NCBI RefSeq assembly: GCF_000143415.4
Contig: NW_003314346.1
Span: 523,515-587,514, forward strand
Direction of reading: 5' to 3'
Length of the DNA stretch: 64,000 bases
Source: Selaginella moellendorffii
Taxonomy: Eukaryota > Plantae > Lycopodiophyta
A model generated the notes under the pieces. The model searched no databases and was not told the DNA's origin. It saw only the letters and a list, made by a program, of their open reading frames with translations. Every line of letters starts with the position of its first letter. Position 1 is the stretch's first letter. Shown here piece after piece: positions 24,887-37,404 of this stretch. The position numbers were made by a program, and so were the translations under genes.

Positions 24887-25345
24887 CTATAATTTCCACT
24901 TATCAAGCAACACTCCCATCAATAGTGAAGTGAGCCTCTTCACCATTAAAAGACCAATCCCATCTTCCTGCCTTTTGTGGACAGGCGTTTCGCCCACATG
25001 TGGCTTGCATGCATTGGCTAATGATATTATTACATCCAGTCTATTAAGATTCAAAATTACCAAGTAATTAGTAAGTATTAGTTTGAAGCTTGCCTCCCTT
25101 ACCGTACAATATTTTGCCTTGGAATTGCCTGTGAAAGTTAGAGTGACACTTCTTCTCCTTCCAGATGAATCAAACCCAAAAATATATGTTTTCCCATTGT
25201 TGGCTATATCAAAAGTATTGGCAGCTTGTTGGTAATTAGACACTGTAAGCCCTGCTGGCATGGAGCCTCCATAACAATCAGCACTATAAATTACACCAAA
25301 GTACAAAAGGTTAAGAAACATAAGTGCAATAATTACTCTATCCAT
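24887..25345 (-). CDS. Putative small secreted protein of unknown family
   Basis: MDRVIIALMFLNLLYFGVIYSA-DCYGG is a hydrophobic signal peptide with a plausible cleavage site, followed by a ~150-aa open frame in AT-rich DNA. The 3' part may be spliced or decayed. Confidence 0.45.
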   Translation of the reverse strand: MDRVIIALMFLNLLYFGVIYSADCYGGSMPAGLTVSNYQQAANTFDIANNGKTYIFGFDSSGRRRSVTLTFTGNSKAKYCTVREASFKLILTNYLVILNLNRLDVIISLANACKPHVGETPVHKRQEDGIGLLMVKRLTSLLMGVLLDKWKL

Positions 25346-25399
25346 TGTGATTGAAAAGATGTATTGCAATGTCATGTTTTCTAGGCAGTTCTTTAATAG

Positions 25400-25570
25400 T
25401 TGATTCAAATGTGTTCTATTAGAACACGCAAGTGTTTGATAAGATTTATGATAAGATCAATGACTTTTACTACTAACCCTGCCCTATTAGTTGATTGAAT
25501 GTTTCCTATTAGGACACGCAAGTATTTGATAAGATTTGTGATAAGATCAATGACTTTTACTTCTAATCCT
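25400..25570. repeat. Two-copy ~90-bp tandem direct repeat
   Basis: ctattag(a/g)acacgcaagt(g/a)tttgataagattt(a/g)tgataagatcaatgacttttac occurs at ~25416 and ~25506. Confidence 0.85.
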
Positions 25571-27423
25571 AAAGAAGGGGTCTAAACCCTAATTAAGATA
25601 TTTAATTCCCATATCACATTAGTGGAAGTAAAGGGCATTACAATTTATCCCTAAAGGGCAAAGTTTTTACTCTAGTATTTGGGATTATGCTTTTATTTTT
25701 ATTCCTTTTTTTTCTTTTAGATCTAGATTTGCATTAGCTTTTTATAAGATCTAGAATTTTAGCTATTGCTATGTTTAAATTTACTCTTCCTTTTGATCTT
25801 CATTACATTCCCTTCTTTTATCATGCCATATCGTTATTGATCAAAGAATATGTCACTTAAGGCTGTTAATACTACTCCATTGAATTAAGTTTTTAGTGCT
25901 GTAGGGTGTGATCATATTAGTGTTGCATTCATCCTTGATGTATTGCCATCTCCAACTTTTGTGGGATATAATTATATAGCTTCTCTTGTTCTTAGTGTTT
26001 TGCCATCTTTTGTTAATGTGGAGTGTGTTCATGATATTAATTGAAGAGTTGTGGATAATGCAATCTAATTCTTAGAGAATGTTTGAGGATCAAATTTATA
26101 AGAAGACAATATTTACAAGCTTGAATGGATTTTAAATTGTGATGAGAAGCTTAATTATTATGGAGATAGCTTTAAAGATAAGTTGAAATTTTTGTAAAGT
26201 AGGTGTTAATCCTTCAATCTATCATCTGATCATTTTCTTTTATCTTTAATTTTAGTAACATAGGTGTTAATGTCATTTGATTATTTTCTTTTACCTTCTA
26301 TTTTGTCACAGCCTTTTGTTATTTCTCAGTCTGAGCCACCTTCTCATGTTTTTAGTTTTTTATTCCTTATTTACAGTATCTTCTTCTCTTAGCATGTCAA
26401 TCATGTATAACTTTTATGATTTTTATTCTTAATCTAGTGTTGAGTTGAGTGTTTTCTGTACTCATATTAATCTAAATGTTAAGCATGTGCATAAAGTTGA
26501 GGATCTTGCTTTTTTTTTCATTGGCAGAGTCTTTAATCAATTGTGTTATTCAGTATTTCTTTATTCCAAGGTTGACTCATTTTTGCAAAAGTTTCAAATT
26601 AAATATGTATCCTTAGTTATGAGTGTTATTGAGAGCCTTTGCTTTACTGTTGCTACTAAAGAGTTTATATATTCCCTTAAGAGTGTGGATATTTCTATTG
26701 ATTTTCTCATCTTAAGTATTGAATTATGTGTTGAAAAGATTGAGTGTTGTGAACTTTTTACTTATATGATGGTGGTCAAAGTATTTTATGACAGAAAGTC
26801 CTTTGTATTCTAAGTATTAAGCACATATCCTTCTTTTTATTTTCCCATTTTTGCATTGATAAGTGTCGAAAATTCCTCTTCTAATATTTATATATCCCTT
26901 TTTATTTCTTCTACAATATTTCTTTATCAATTTTTCTTGCTTTCTCTTTTTTGTCTTGACACTTCAAACTTTTTTGCTTTGGAAAAGGGGGTGGGTAGAA
27001 GGGACAAATGGGAGTCTAGCCCTGACAAGATAGTGAAGACGAACAGATACAATAGTGAAGTAAGGTGGATTATGAAGTGAGGATAGATATAATAAGTTTG
27101 AATAGAACATTTAACCCGAATATAGTGAAGCCAAATGAATATGATAGTGGAGTGAGGCCAAATATAAATTATAGAGTGAAGATGAAAAGATGAATATCAC
27201 AAGTTTGAGTTAATACAGGTTGTGAATGTTAACTAAAAGGAAGACACAAAGGCAAGTTCTACTTATGTTCGTAAGTCTAAGTTAACAATAATCTCAAAGA
27301 ATCGTTGGTGGGTAAATTTAAAGGCAAAATGTATTATTTGTTGCAATGATGTTTTATAACCTGTAGTGGCTCTTGAAGTCCCTTTCTTCAGTTCAAAGTT
27401 ATTGATTCAAGGTTGGTTTGAGG

Positions 27424-27655
27424 TATAATTAACCAAAAAGAATGACTCAAGAGATAATCTATAAAATTTAAATATAAAAAGAAAAAACCCATGAATAAAA
27501 GTGCATTCCTTTTTTTGAATCGGTTAAGGGTATTAAGATACCTATAAATTGAAAATAATTAAAGAGAATAACTTAAGAGATAATCCATAAAACAAAAGTG
27601 CATTCTCACTTTCAATTGATTAAGGGTTTTGGGATATTTGAGGTTAAGCATCCAT
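27424..27655 (+). mobile_element. Two heavily decayed partial copies of the Cassandra-type LTR found intact at 58354
   Basis: aaccaaaaagaatgactcaagagataatctataaaatttaaatataaaaagaaaaaacccatgaataaaagtgca...aatcggttaagggt aligns colinearly with the intact LTR. A second copy at ~27560 ends ttgggatatttgaggttaagcatcc. Confidence 0.75.
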
Positions 27656-27999
27656 TATAGGAGGTTACATGACAATTTGGTTACTACATACAAAGTTGTA
27701 ATTGGTTCATCAGGATTTTGTAGTTGACTAATGCTTGTAATACATATATTACCTTCTCTAGGTAATAGATTAATTAATAGTACTATAATATATGGATCAT
27801 CCATTTGGAACTAAATCTAATTCATCCATTCTCACATATAAGTAGGGGTTTAAACCCAAATTAAGGTAAGCTTGTTTGTATGCAATAATGGATAAACATA
27901 ATGCACCTTGTGTGTATAGCTGGGGGAGCAAAACACACTAAGAGATTATATTCTATGGAAATGTCAAACAAACTCTCTTAATTCAAATAAATTCTCACC

Positions 28000-30310
28000 T
28001 TTTATAAATAAAAAACATTTTAGACACATGTTGTCTAATTACTTTTTCAATATATAATTACATCGGGCTACTATGCAGTTTCTGGTAAAGTGGAAAATCT
28101 TCATGTTATAAACAATAAAGAGAAAAAGGCTTAACCTTGTCTAAGGTAGGTTACACTTCCTTTTGAAGTTCACTGTTATCACTTGTAAGCCCTTAGAGCT
28201 ACAAGAGAAACTTGGAAATTGCAAACATACTTTCTAGAATCTTCCCTTCAACAAACTTTGTGATCTACAGTACCATCCACAAATGCAAATTTTACACCAG
28301 GAGGTTATAAGAAAAGTTTGGTGTTTATGGTATTCTTGAATCAGCCTTGGTTCACATTACATAGCTGTGTTACCCACATTAGTGGGGAGCTAACATAGCT
28401 CAAATGTCTCCTTCCATTTAACAAGTCATGCAATTGGCTTTGAATGCAGACATCAAATACAAGGAGTGGGAGTTGATGAGCAAAACATGCTCTAATTGGC
28501 CTCGTCTTGGCATATGATAGGAGACTCCATATTCAACAAGCCCTCAAGAAATTGCCATCTACCATAGGGAAACAAGTGTCAATTCCATCCACTTCACTTC
28601 CTCCCCAAGAGTGGCTGAAACTAGTGGACGACATGAAGCTGGACAAGTGTTTTGATTATAGAGCAAAGGGACATAGATAGGTTTGTAAGGCTTATACAGG
28701 TCAGAAATAAGGAGCAAGCATGAGCAGGTTGACGAGCATTTCAACAAAATGGTGAGGGAAATCTCATTCTAGTTGCTTTTGAGGATTTGGATTTGGAGTG
28801 AGAGATTTTTGTTTCAAGATTCAAGTGCATTTGGGTAAAAGGGGCAGTCTTAGGTTGTAAAGCACATTGGTAAACTTAAGAGCTTCACATTCCTTTGTGA
28901 ATGCTCGTAGCTTTGGTTGACAACCAAGCCAGCTCCCATTAGGGATCACACATTGAATCAAGTTAGAACCAAACTCCATTGCAGTTAACTCTTCAATAAT
29001 TCATCTTAGCCCATTTGCATCACATGCGCTTCTTGTTCTTAAGGATGTTCGTGGAGGATTACAGGGCTCTTAACAGGATAACTGTCAAGAACAAGCTTCC
29101 AGTACCAAGATTGACCTCTATTTTGGTTAATATTAGATTGCCATTTAAGGCCAAGACAATGTTCAGAACTCACTAAGGTTTGTTTCATTTTAGAATAATG
29201 CCCAATGTGCCTGCCATGTTCATGAACAAGCTTTTGGCTAAGTATCTTTTCCAATTCATTATCGTTTTTTTATAACATACTAATATATAGTCAAGACTGG
29301 ACAGAGCACTTAGAAATGGTGTTATCAATTTTGGAGAGCAATGTTTGCAAAGTTATTCATGTGTTCTTTGGGAATGGAGACCATTCAGTACCTTAGATTT
29401 TGACAAGGTATGGGCTGATCAATCAGAATTACAAGTTGTTGCAAATTGGCCACTTCCCAAGTTTCTGAAGCATTTACAAGCTTTTTATGGTTTTGCCAAC
29501 TATCTATGTTGCTTTATATTGTGACCCCATTTGGCAATATTTTCTGCTCTTCTATGGTTAGATGCAGCACAATAGTTTTAGTTGTTGAAGTAAAAACTTC
29601 TAACTGCACCTTACTTTCACTTAGAACCATATATTGTTAAGACTGATACTTCAGATATGAGTGGTTCTTCACCAAGGAGAGGAAATGGTGGCCTTTGATA
29701 GTCTATTTATGAGTCTAAAGTACTAGTGTATGAACAAGAAATAGTGGCCATTATCCATGCCATTGGTCACTAGTGCCACTACCTATTGCCTCAATTGTTT
29801 ACACTTAGGACAGATCATCATAGCTTGAAATTCATTTTGGAGTAACAACATTTATCCAAAAAGTAATAACATTAGGTGAAACAACTTCAAGCCTTGGATT
29901 TCACTATGAAGTTCACATTCTTCCATATGCATTATCACAACAATTTGAATGTCTCAAAGTGTTAACGTTCTTTAGTATTTCTAGATGGGAAGCAATGTAA
30001 GTCAATAAGATCTCACTAGATTTGACACTATTTGGTATTTGGCAACAGTTTCATGACAATCCTGATTATACAGATGATAAGTTAACATTTTATGAGAACA
30101 TTCTATAAGCTGCCTCTTCATCCAGACAGTATTTCAATGGACTTTATTGTGGGCTTCCCTTCAATGCATGGCCATGATGCTATTTTTTGTAGTGGTGGAT
30201 AGTTTTTCTGAAGTGGCACACTTTATCCCTACATCTTTAACAAGCTCAGCACATCAGACAGTTGAATCCTTTTGGTCTGAGGTAGTCCAGCATCACGGTC
30301 TTCCATGGAG
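28000..30310. mobile_element. Highly degenerate Ty3/gypsy pol relics (+ strand ~29270-30310; probable - strand fragment ~28000-29250)
   Basis: Residual motifs YEQEIVAIIHA and RTDHHSL (RNase H) and FVVVDSFSEVAHFIP (integrase) on the + strand, with many stops and frameshifts. Boundaries are approximate. Confidence 0.65.
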
Positions 30311-30312
30311 CA

Positions 30313-30970
30313 CCCACAGCTCCAGCTCACACTGTCTTCAACATAGACAATAAGCGTAGCTGAAATAATGCCCCAACCATCATGGACATGCAATACCAGC
30401 TGAAGAAGGTGCTGGCCTGCTTCTGTTCAAGAGGATCCTCCTTATCAAACTGATTGCCTCTGAACGATGAGATGCAAGGCTGATATCCTCCATAACCCTA
30501 CTGTGTATAGTCCAAGATCTAGAAGCGCTTCTTGTTCCAATGTGCGAACTGAGCATTTTGACACATTCATTTCACAAGGAGAAGGTTTTAGCAAGGGCAG
30601 AGTTATGTGACTGTAAGTACCACCATTCCCTGAATGATAACAGGTTAGGGAATGAAATTTTATTCTCAACCTCTTACCAGAAGGTAGATGATATGAAATA
30701 TGAGATTTGCAAATTTGTATGGAATCCACCCAGCAAGGAACTGAGGTGTCCATGGAATTAAGAACGGCATTAGCTGCTTCTGAAATATGCTTATGTAATA
30801 CACTACTGAGATAGAGAATTAAGTTAGTCCAAACAGAAGCAAATGTTTGAGTTCCTCAAAGTTAAACCAAGGATAACAGTTCCAACATAACCCCATATCG
30901 AGATGTGGCAGGCCAATTGGTTTTTGCATCCTTCCATTCCACGAGAAACAAGGATCAGCCCAGCACTAAT
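30313..30970 (-). pseudogene. Partial, deleted duplicate of the 5' half of the NPF transporter gene
   Basis: Colinear near-identity with 39595-40400 (e.g. cccacagctccagctcacactgtcttcaacatagacaataagcgtagctgaaataat), including introns, with internal deletions. The 3' half is replaced by a gypsy relic. Confidence 0.9.
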
Positions 30971-31410
30971 AAAGAAATAAAGGATTGCAAATGCTCTGTT
31001 ATAAGTCCTCAGTGCCGCATTATTAGCAGGCCCTTGTCTGCATCAGGAATCGTGACAGATAAAAAAGTCCCCGATTGTGCATCTCGCCTCTACAACATTC
31101 TTGCCAGACTCCAGTTTTCAATTCACTTTCCAGAAGCCTGATCGCGCTCCAAAAAAACGCCACATAAGAACCCTAGCTGAAGGCGGGAGAATGTTTAAAT
31201 GTATTGTGGATCTTTCATTTTGTTATCCAGACATCAGAACATGTCTCTAAACAACTAATACCGTCGTCCAGAATAGGTCATGGAGAAGCTCCAACCTTTG
31301 CTGAACCTGTCCCCCAGAAGGTCTACAATACTGACTCATTGGCCTGTTTTTCTGCTGGTGGAAATTTGGCAACCAATGTTTGAACTTACCTTCTAAATAG
31401 GTTTATGTGA

Positions 31411-32842
31411 TCATGGGAGTATGAAACTGGTAATCTGATCGTGCACGACAGTTCCAAACCAGATCTTCCCATCTTTTTCATACACTTCGCTTATAAGTTT
31501 CACGATCCGGGCCTCGCGGTCTTCCAGCCGCCGGAGCAACTGCCCCCGCTTGTCAAACAGTGCCGCAACCGAGTACATCTTCTCCCCGACTACGTACATA
31601 ATCCAGCTCAAGGGAACCAGCACCCCGGAACACGAGTGACTTTAGCCACGGAGTGACGCTCATGATCTCCTGGATCCTGTTTCGGCAGCAGTCGATGGCC
31701 ACCCAGAACTGGCCCTTGTCGTTGATACGAACGTTGTCAGGATAGCCGGGAAGATCAGCGAAAACTTCGAGAGTTCCAGTTAAGTTACCTTTGAGCCATA
31801 ACTTGAGAACCCTGTCAAGAACACGAGCAAAGTCTTTTAGAGAAGCTACTGATGCCATATCAAAATACAACAAGATCAATATGTATAACCTGCAATTGGT
31901 TGTCTCGACTACCAGGAGGAAAGATTGATCGCTTGCGAGCTGGACTCCGTTAGCAAATGCTAGGCCGCGAAGAACCACCACGGCATTGCCTGTGTTTGGA
32001 TCATACTGAAGTAGACGGCCTGTATTCTCTCCTTCAACGATCACCATATGATGTAACCTGTATTGAAGTGGAAAGAAAAAAGAGCAAGAAAAAGAAGCCA
32101 TAGCAAAAGAGTGTTAAAAAAACATTTCTGGCAAAAAACTGCGACTCAAAGAGCATGGAAGATCAACTATACAAAGAAAAAGAAAGAGAGCAAAGTGTCA
32201 TGGAAGTTGAAGAAAGAAATTCTCCAAGAACAAAGACCCGAAGTGGAAATGAAAAGAACCTGCGATTCCAGGGCGTGCACCCTTGGAGCCAACAACGAGC
32301 AAACCATAGTAAGAATCAGCAATGTAGAGATCGGATTGAAGCGCAATCCCAGCGGTCTGCCACAGACGTGCTCGTTCCTCACCCGCCGTCGCGGATCGTC
32401 TCTATTGTCGCATTCTTCCCTGTTCCTGCACAGAAAGAAGATGAAGAACCCACCCTAGAAAATATTTTGCTTACCCCCATCCGCGATCCAGCACGATCCG
32501 GCCATCGCCCAGCCCAGTGTAAGGCCAATTCCCCTGTGGATCGAACTCGATGCTCTCGGGGCCGAAGAGGCGATCCTGGAACTCGATGCTTGTGAATTGG
32601 AGCAAGCTGTCGTTGCGCGATGGCCACTTGGGCAGGACGCTCTTAAGAGGAGCGATCTGGTGCTTCACGGGGTAGTATTTGAGGCCGCCCAGCGGCCCAG
32701 GCAGGATCGTGCAAAGAATCGCGGCTGTGGTGGCTATAATGGCGATGGACACAAATCTCTTCTTGTTCTTGAGCTTGGAGAAGGTGCTGTCTTTGAAGTT
32801 TAGCTCCATTGATTGATCCAAGACTCTTTCTGGAGAAACCAT
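31411..32842 (-). pseudogene. Strictosidine synthase-like (SSL/APMAP family) gene, probably frameshifted
   Basis: GPESIEFDPQG, PYTGLGDGRI, CGRPLGLRFNP, TGRLLQYDP, GLAFANGVQLA and LPGYPDNVRIN...FWVAI. A frame jump occurs between FNP and DLYIADSYYGL at ~32330, and the FTDSS-type segment was not found. Confidence 0.8.
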
Positions 32843-33061
32843 TCAAATTTTCTTCCAAGCTTCTTGTTAGGCACCAGGTCAGGATAATAGGATAAAGAAA
32901 GGGCCCTGCAATCAAGTGATCACCCCTTTAGCTAGTTGGCTTAGGGTGTAAGGGATAGGATCCTAACATTGGTATCAGAGACATTGGTTGCGATGGCCAA
33001 TTAAGTTGAACGCTGGAATCCTATTGTCGATGGTGGTGCCGACGATGGTGCCGACAAAGCT

Positions 33062-36000
33062 GTGGAAATTTGGATTATTCAAGATGTGGTTCATGAGCTG
33101 CGAGCCCTTAATAAAAATCAGCAAGAGATGCAAGATGAGATGCATGGCATGATGGATACCATGCGTGGGCGTGTTGAGGCACTCGAGGCTGGATGGGGTA
33201 GCGCTCCAAGTAAGCCTTCTTTGGTAGATCGACTCAAGATTCCAACTTTTTCCGGTGATGGTGGTGTGGATGAGTGTCTCGCTTGGCTAGCCAATGTGAA
33301 GAAGTTCTTGGCTGCTAGGGGAACTCCGGATGCAAAGGCTTTAGTGGCTATTCCGATGGTTTTACGTGATGCGGGTCTTCGATGGTGGAATTGGATTGAG
33401 GAGTCCCGTGTTGCAGATAAGAAACCACCAGTGTCTACCATGGATGAGTTTGAGGCTGCTTTCCGTTTACGGTTATGACAAGCACAAGTCTTGCAAGCGT
33501 TTGCAGAGTCCTTCTGTCGAGAATCATCGTGATGATCACCGTGGACACAAGGATAGGAACAAGCATCACAAGTTGAAGTCGGTGGTGACTACTTCAGATG
33601 CAAAGGGGTCCAAGAAGCAGAAGTTCTTTGTGAAGAATTATAGACAAGGTTGTCATCATTGCGGCAAACTTGGATACTACAAGGCTGATTGTCCGCAGTT
33701 GAAGAACAAGCAGCAGGACAAAAAGAATGGCCAATCTTCTTCTCATGGTAAGTCCGATACTAAAAAGTTGCAAACTTTGTAGCGTGAGGATGAGGAGAAC
33801 GACCATTCTGGTCGGAGGAAGCGACTTTCGATCGTTGCTTGTCAGCTCAACTGTGTGTGGAACAAAATGGAGCTTGAGGATACGTGTGAATTAGCTTTAA
33901 TGTTGGAGGGTGTGTTCCGTGGCAATCCAGTGCGGATTTTATTGGATAGTGGGAGCGATGACAACTTTGTTTCGGCAAAGTTTGTTGCGGAGCATGGCCT
34001 GGTCACATGTGGAGTTCTTCCATACACAGTGGAAGGTGCAACCACCTCTACTCAACATTTCGATGCTTGTGTCGAGGGGCTGGAAGTGTTGGTTGGCAAA
34101 ACCACACTTGTGGAGACTTTTTATCTCGCGGATATTCATCGTGTGGATCTCATTCTTGGGATGCCATGGTTGGTGAAGGTGGATCCAGAGATAAAGTGGA
34201 GCATTAAGCGTATCTCGCTGGAGTATGGTGGCGTTAAAGATGTGTGGTTTGGCAAGGGCGTTCAACCACCAGTTGTTATGCTCTCTGCTACATCTTTGAA
34301 GTGGGCTTGTCGTAATGGAAAAGCACTTTCGAGTTACTTGCTGTTTGTTCATGACTTGGGGGACCAAGGCACGTGTGGGGGAGAAGCAGCAATATGGGAT
34401 GTACTTGACGAGTTTTCTAATGTTTTTCCATCTGAACTTCCTCATGGATTACCTCCATTACGAGGTGTGGAGCATGGGATTACATTGGAGCCGGGGACGC
34501 GGCCAATTTACCGGCGTCCATTTCGGTTAAGTTATGCGGAGGAGCAAGAAGTTCAACGACAAGTCAAGGAGTTACTTGAGTTTGGATTTATTCAGCCAAG
34601 TAAATCTCCGTTTGGTGCTCCGGTCTTGCTTGTGAAAAAGAAGGACAGTTCAATGCGGATGTGTATTGACTACCGTGCTTTAAACAAGAAGACAGTGAAG
34701 GACAAGATGCCGATGCCACGTGTGGATGATATCCTAGACAAGCTTGGTGAAGCACGAGTGTTTACCAAGATTGATCTAAGGAGTGGATATCATCAGATTG
34801 CAATGGATGATGCATCTATCTCCAAGACGGCATTCAACACAAGCTTCGGACATTTTGAGTTTACCGTTATGCCGTTTGGTTTGACGAATGCACCGGCCAC
34901 ATTTACTCGGTTGATGACGGAGGTATTTGGGCGTTATCTTCATGAGTTTGTGGAGATTTTCTTGGACGATATTCTTGTTTTTAGCAAGAATATGGAGGAG
35001 CATAGGGTGCATTTGCGCAAGGTTCTTTTGTTACTTCGAGACAGCAAACTTTATGCGAAGAAGAGTAAATGTGAATTTGCAAAGTCGGAGGTGGAATACC
35101 TAGGCCATATTGTGACATCTAAGGGTGTCAAGACGGATCCAAGGAAGGTGGCTGTGGTGGAAAACTGGCCTACACTGACTACAGTGGTTGAGTTGCGCAG
35201 TTTTCTTGGTATGGCTAGTTACTACCGACGTTTCTAGCATAAGTTTGCAGAGGTGGCTATTCCTTTGACGTGGTTGTTACGTAAGAATGTGCCCTTCGAG
35301 TGGAAGACGCCACAAGAGGAGAGTTTTGTGGCGCTGAAACGATTGTTGAGCGAGGCTCTAGTGCTTCACATTGCTGATCCATCGAAACCTTACGAGGTGA
35401 CATGTGACGCGAGTGGTTATGCACTGGGAGGAGTTCTCATGCAAGAGGGACAGCCTATTGCATATGAGAGTCGAACTTTGAATTCCGCTGAGCAACGCTA
35501 TTCCACATATGAGCAAGAGTTACTCTCTATTGTTCATGCTTTGCGAACGTGGCGACACTATCTTTATGGTGCAGTGTTCGTGGTGTTGACAGATCACAAA
35601 CCACTTGTGTATCTTTTCACACAAAAGGAGTTGAACACTAGGCAAGCTCGTTGGATGGTCAAACTCATGGAGTTTGGGGAGTTTTCTATTGAGCATCATC
35701 CGGGAAAATTAAATGTGGTGGCGGATGCTTTATCTCGTGTTCGTCATGTGACGACGTTACGAACACGATTTTGTCATCATTTGAGTAAGGTGGTTAGCGA
35801 GTTTGGGCAATTGGTTGAGCATGCTCAGGCTCAGGATGCTGGGGTGGCCTCTTTGCGAGACCAGATGGAAGCTCCTTTCTCATTGGTGGATGGGATTCTC
35901 TACTACAATGGCCGTGTATATTTGCCACGGGTGGATGCGTTAATTACTCAAGTTTTATTCCACTATCATGATTGTCCAGAGGCCAGTCATTTTGGGGGGA

Positions 36001-37097
36001 AGAAGACATATGAGTTGATTAAGCGCAACTTTTATTGGAGGAATATGAAGGCTGATATCCTCAGGTATTGTAAATCATGCAGGCTTTGTCAGCGGGTTAA
36101 GGTGCCACGGGAGAAGCCGGGGGGACTTTTGCAACCTTTATCTATTCCTCAAAGCCGTTGGTGTAGTATCTCTATGGACTTCATCACTTGTTTGCCACGA
36201 ACACAGAGGCAAAAGGAGCAAGTATGGGTCATAGTGGATCGGTTGACGAAGTATGTGCGGTTGTTGGCTCTTCGGAAGACTGTCACTGCCTCAGACTTGG
36301 CTGCGGTTTACTTGGAGAAGGTTTTTCCTGATTTTGGTTTGCCAGAGGACATCATTAGTGATCAAGATTCAAAGTTCACCAGTGGATTTTGGAAAAGCTT
36401 TGCAAAGGCTATGCAAGTGACTTTGAAACTCTCAAGTGGAGATCATCCTTAGACGGATGGGCAAACCGAGCGTGTGAATCAGGTGGTGGAGGATATGCTA
36501 CGTTGTAGCATTGGTCAAAGGCAAGGACAGTGGGATCTATATCTTCCGTTGGTGCAATTTGCTTACAACAATAGCCAACACAGTGGAACCAAGCTAAGTC
36601 CTTACTTTGCCATGTTTGGAAGGCATCCTCGAACAGCGGTGGAGTTGGGATTGCATTTGAGTAAGGATGTTCAAGATAAGCTTGATTCCGAGGCAATTGA
36701 TCTGGCCACAGAACTTGATGAGATTCTGGTGGTGTGCAAACGGAATTTGCAAGCAGCTCAGGATAGAGCGGAGAAGTTTGCCAATGAGCATCACCAATTC
36801 CGGGAATATAAGGTGGGTGATCTCGTCTTTGTGCGAATGATCTTTCCGTCAAGTGAGCGGCGGAACACCTTGGTGCCTTTACGGACAGGGAAGAGTGATA
36901 AACTCTCCCATCGATATGCTGGTCCATATGAAGTGTTGGAGTGCATTGGTAAAGCGGCTTATCGAGTGCGGCTGCCAGCTGGGGTGAAAATTCATCCGGT
37001 ATTTTATGTCAACCAGTTGAAAGGTGTACTATCTCGGAGTGACGGGCCCAATGCCTCCTTGATGTATACGGCTGCGGAAGATGGACTAGGAGCTTGA
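33062..37097 (+). pseudogene. gag-pol (Gag zinc knuckle, protease, RT, RNase H, integrase) with premature stops
   Basis: CHHCGKLGYYKADC, LLDSGS, RMCIDYRALN, FLDDILV, CDASG, TDHKPL, ISMDFI, DIISDQD, HP*TDGQTE and YAGPYEV. Domain order PR-RT-RH-INT. Stops at ~33476, 35235 and 36450. No chromodomain seen. Confidence 0.95.
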
Positions 37098-37171
37098 GCA
37101 GGATTCCCCAGAAAGGGTGATCACTAATACAACTTGTCCTTGGGACAAGGACTTTGTTGGGGGGGAAGAAT

Positions 37172-37404
37172 TGTTAGGCGCCAGCTTTGACTACATGGTC
37201 AACGTCGGTCAAAGGGAAGCTCAAGGGTATATTAAGGCATGTTAGGGTAGGGGCCTTAACCTACCCTAGGGCTCATGGTGGAGCGGCGGCGCAGTGGAGC
37301 TTTTGAGGTAGCTCGGGGGTGGTTGGGTGGTGAGGAACATCAAGAGGTGGCGTAGCATAGTCTAGGGCGACTAAATCTCTGTCTTTTTGCGCTGGATCAT
37401 AACA
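37172..37404 (+). repeat. Internal second-type LTR (233 bp)
   Basis: Preceded by the PPT GGGGGGAAGAA. Starts TGTTA, ends TAACA, contains a TATA-like tatattaa, and is followed by the PBS-like TAGTATCAGAGC. Confidence 0.85.

Noticed and set aside
25800-26900. Degenerate LINE reverse transcriptase
   Set aside because: T-rich strand skew is suggestive, but no RT or endonuclease motif could be read.
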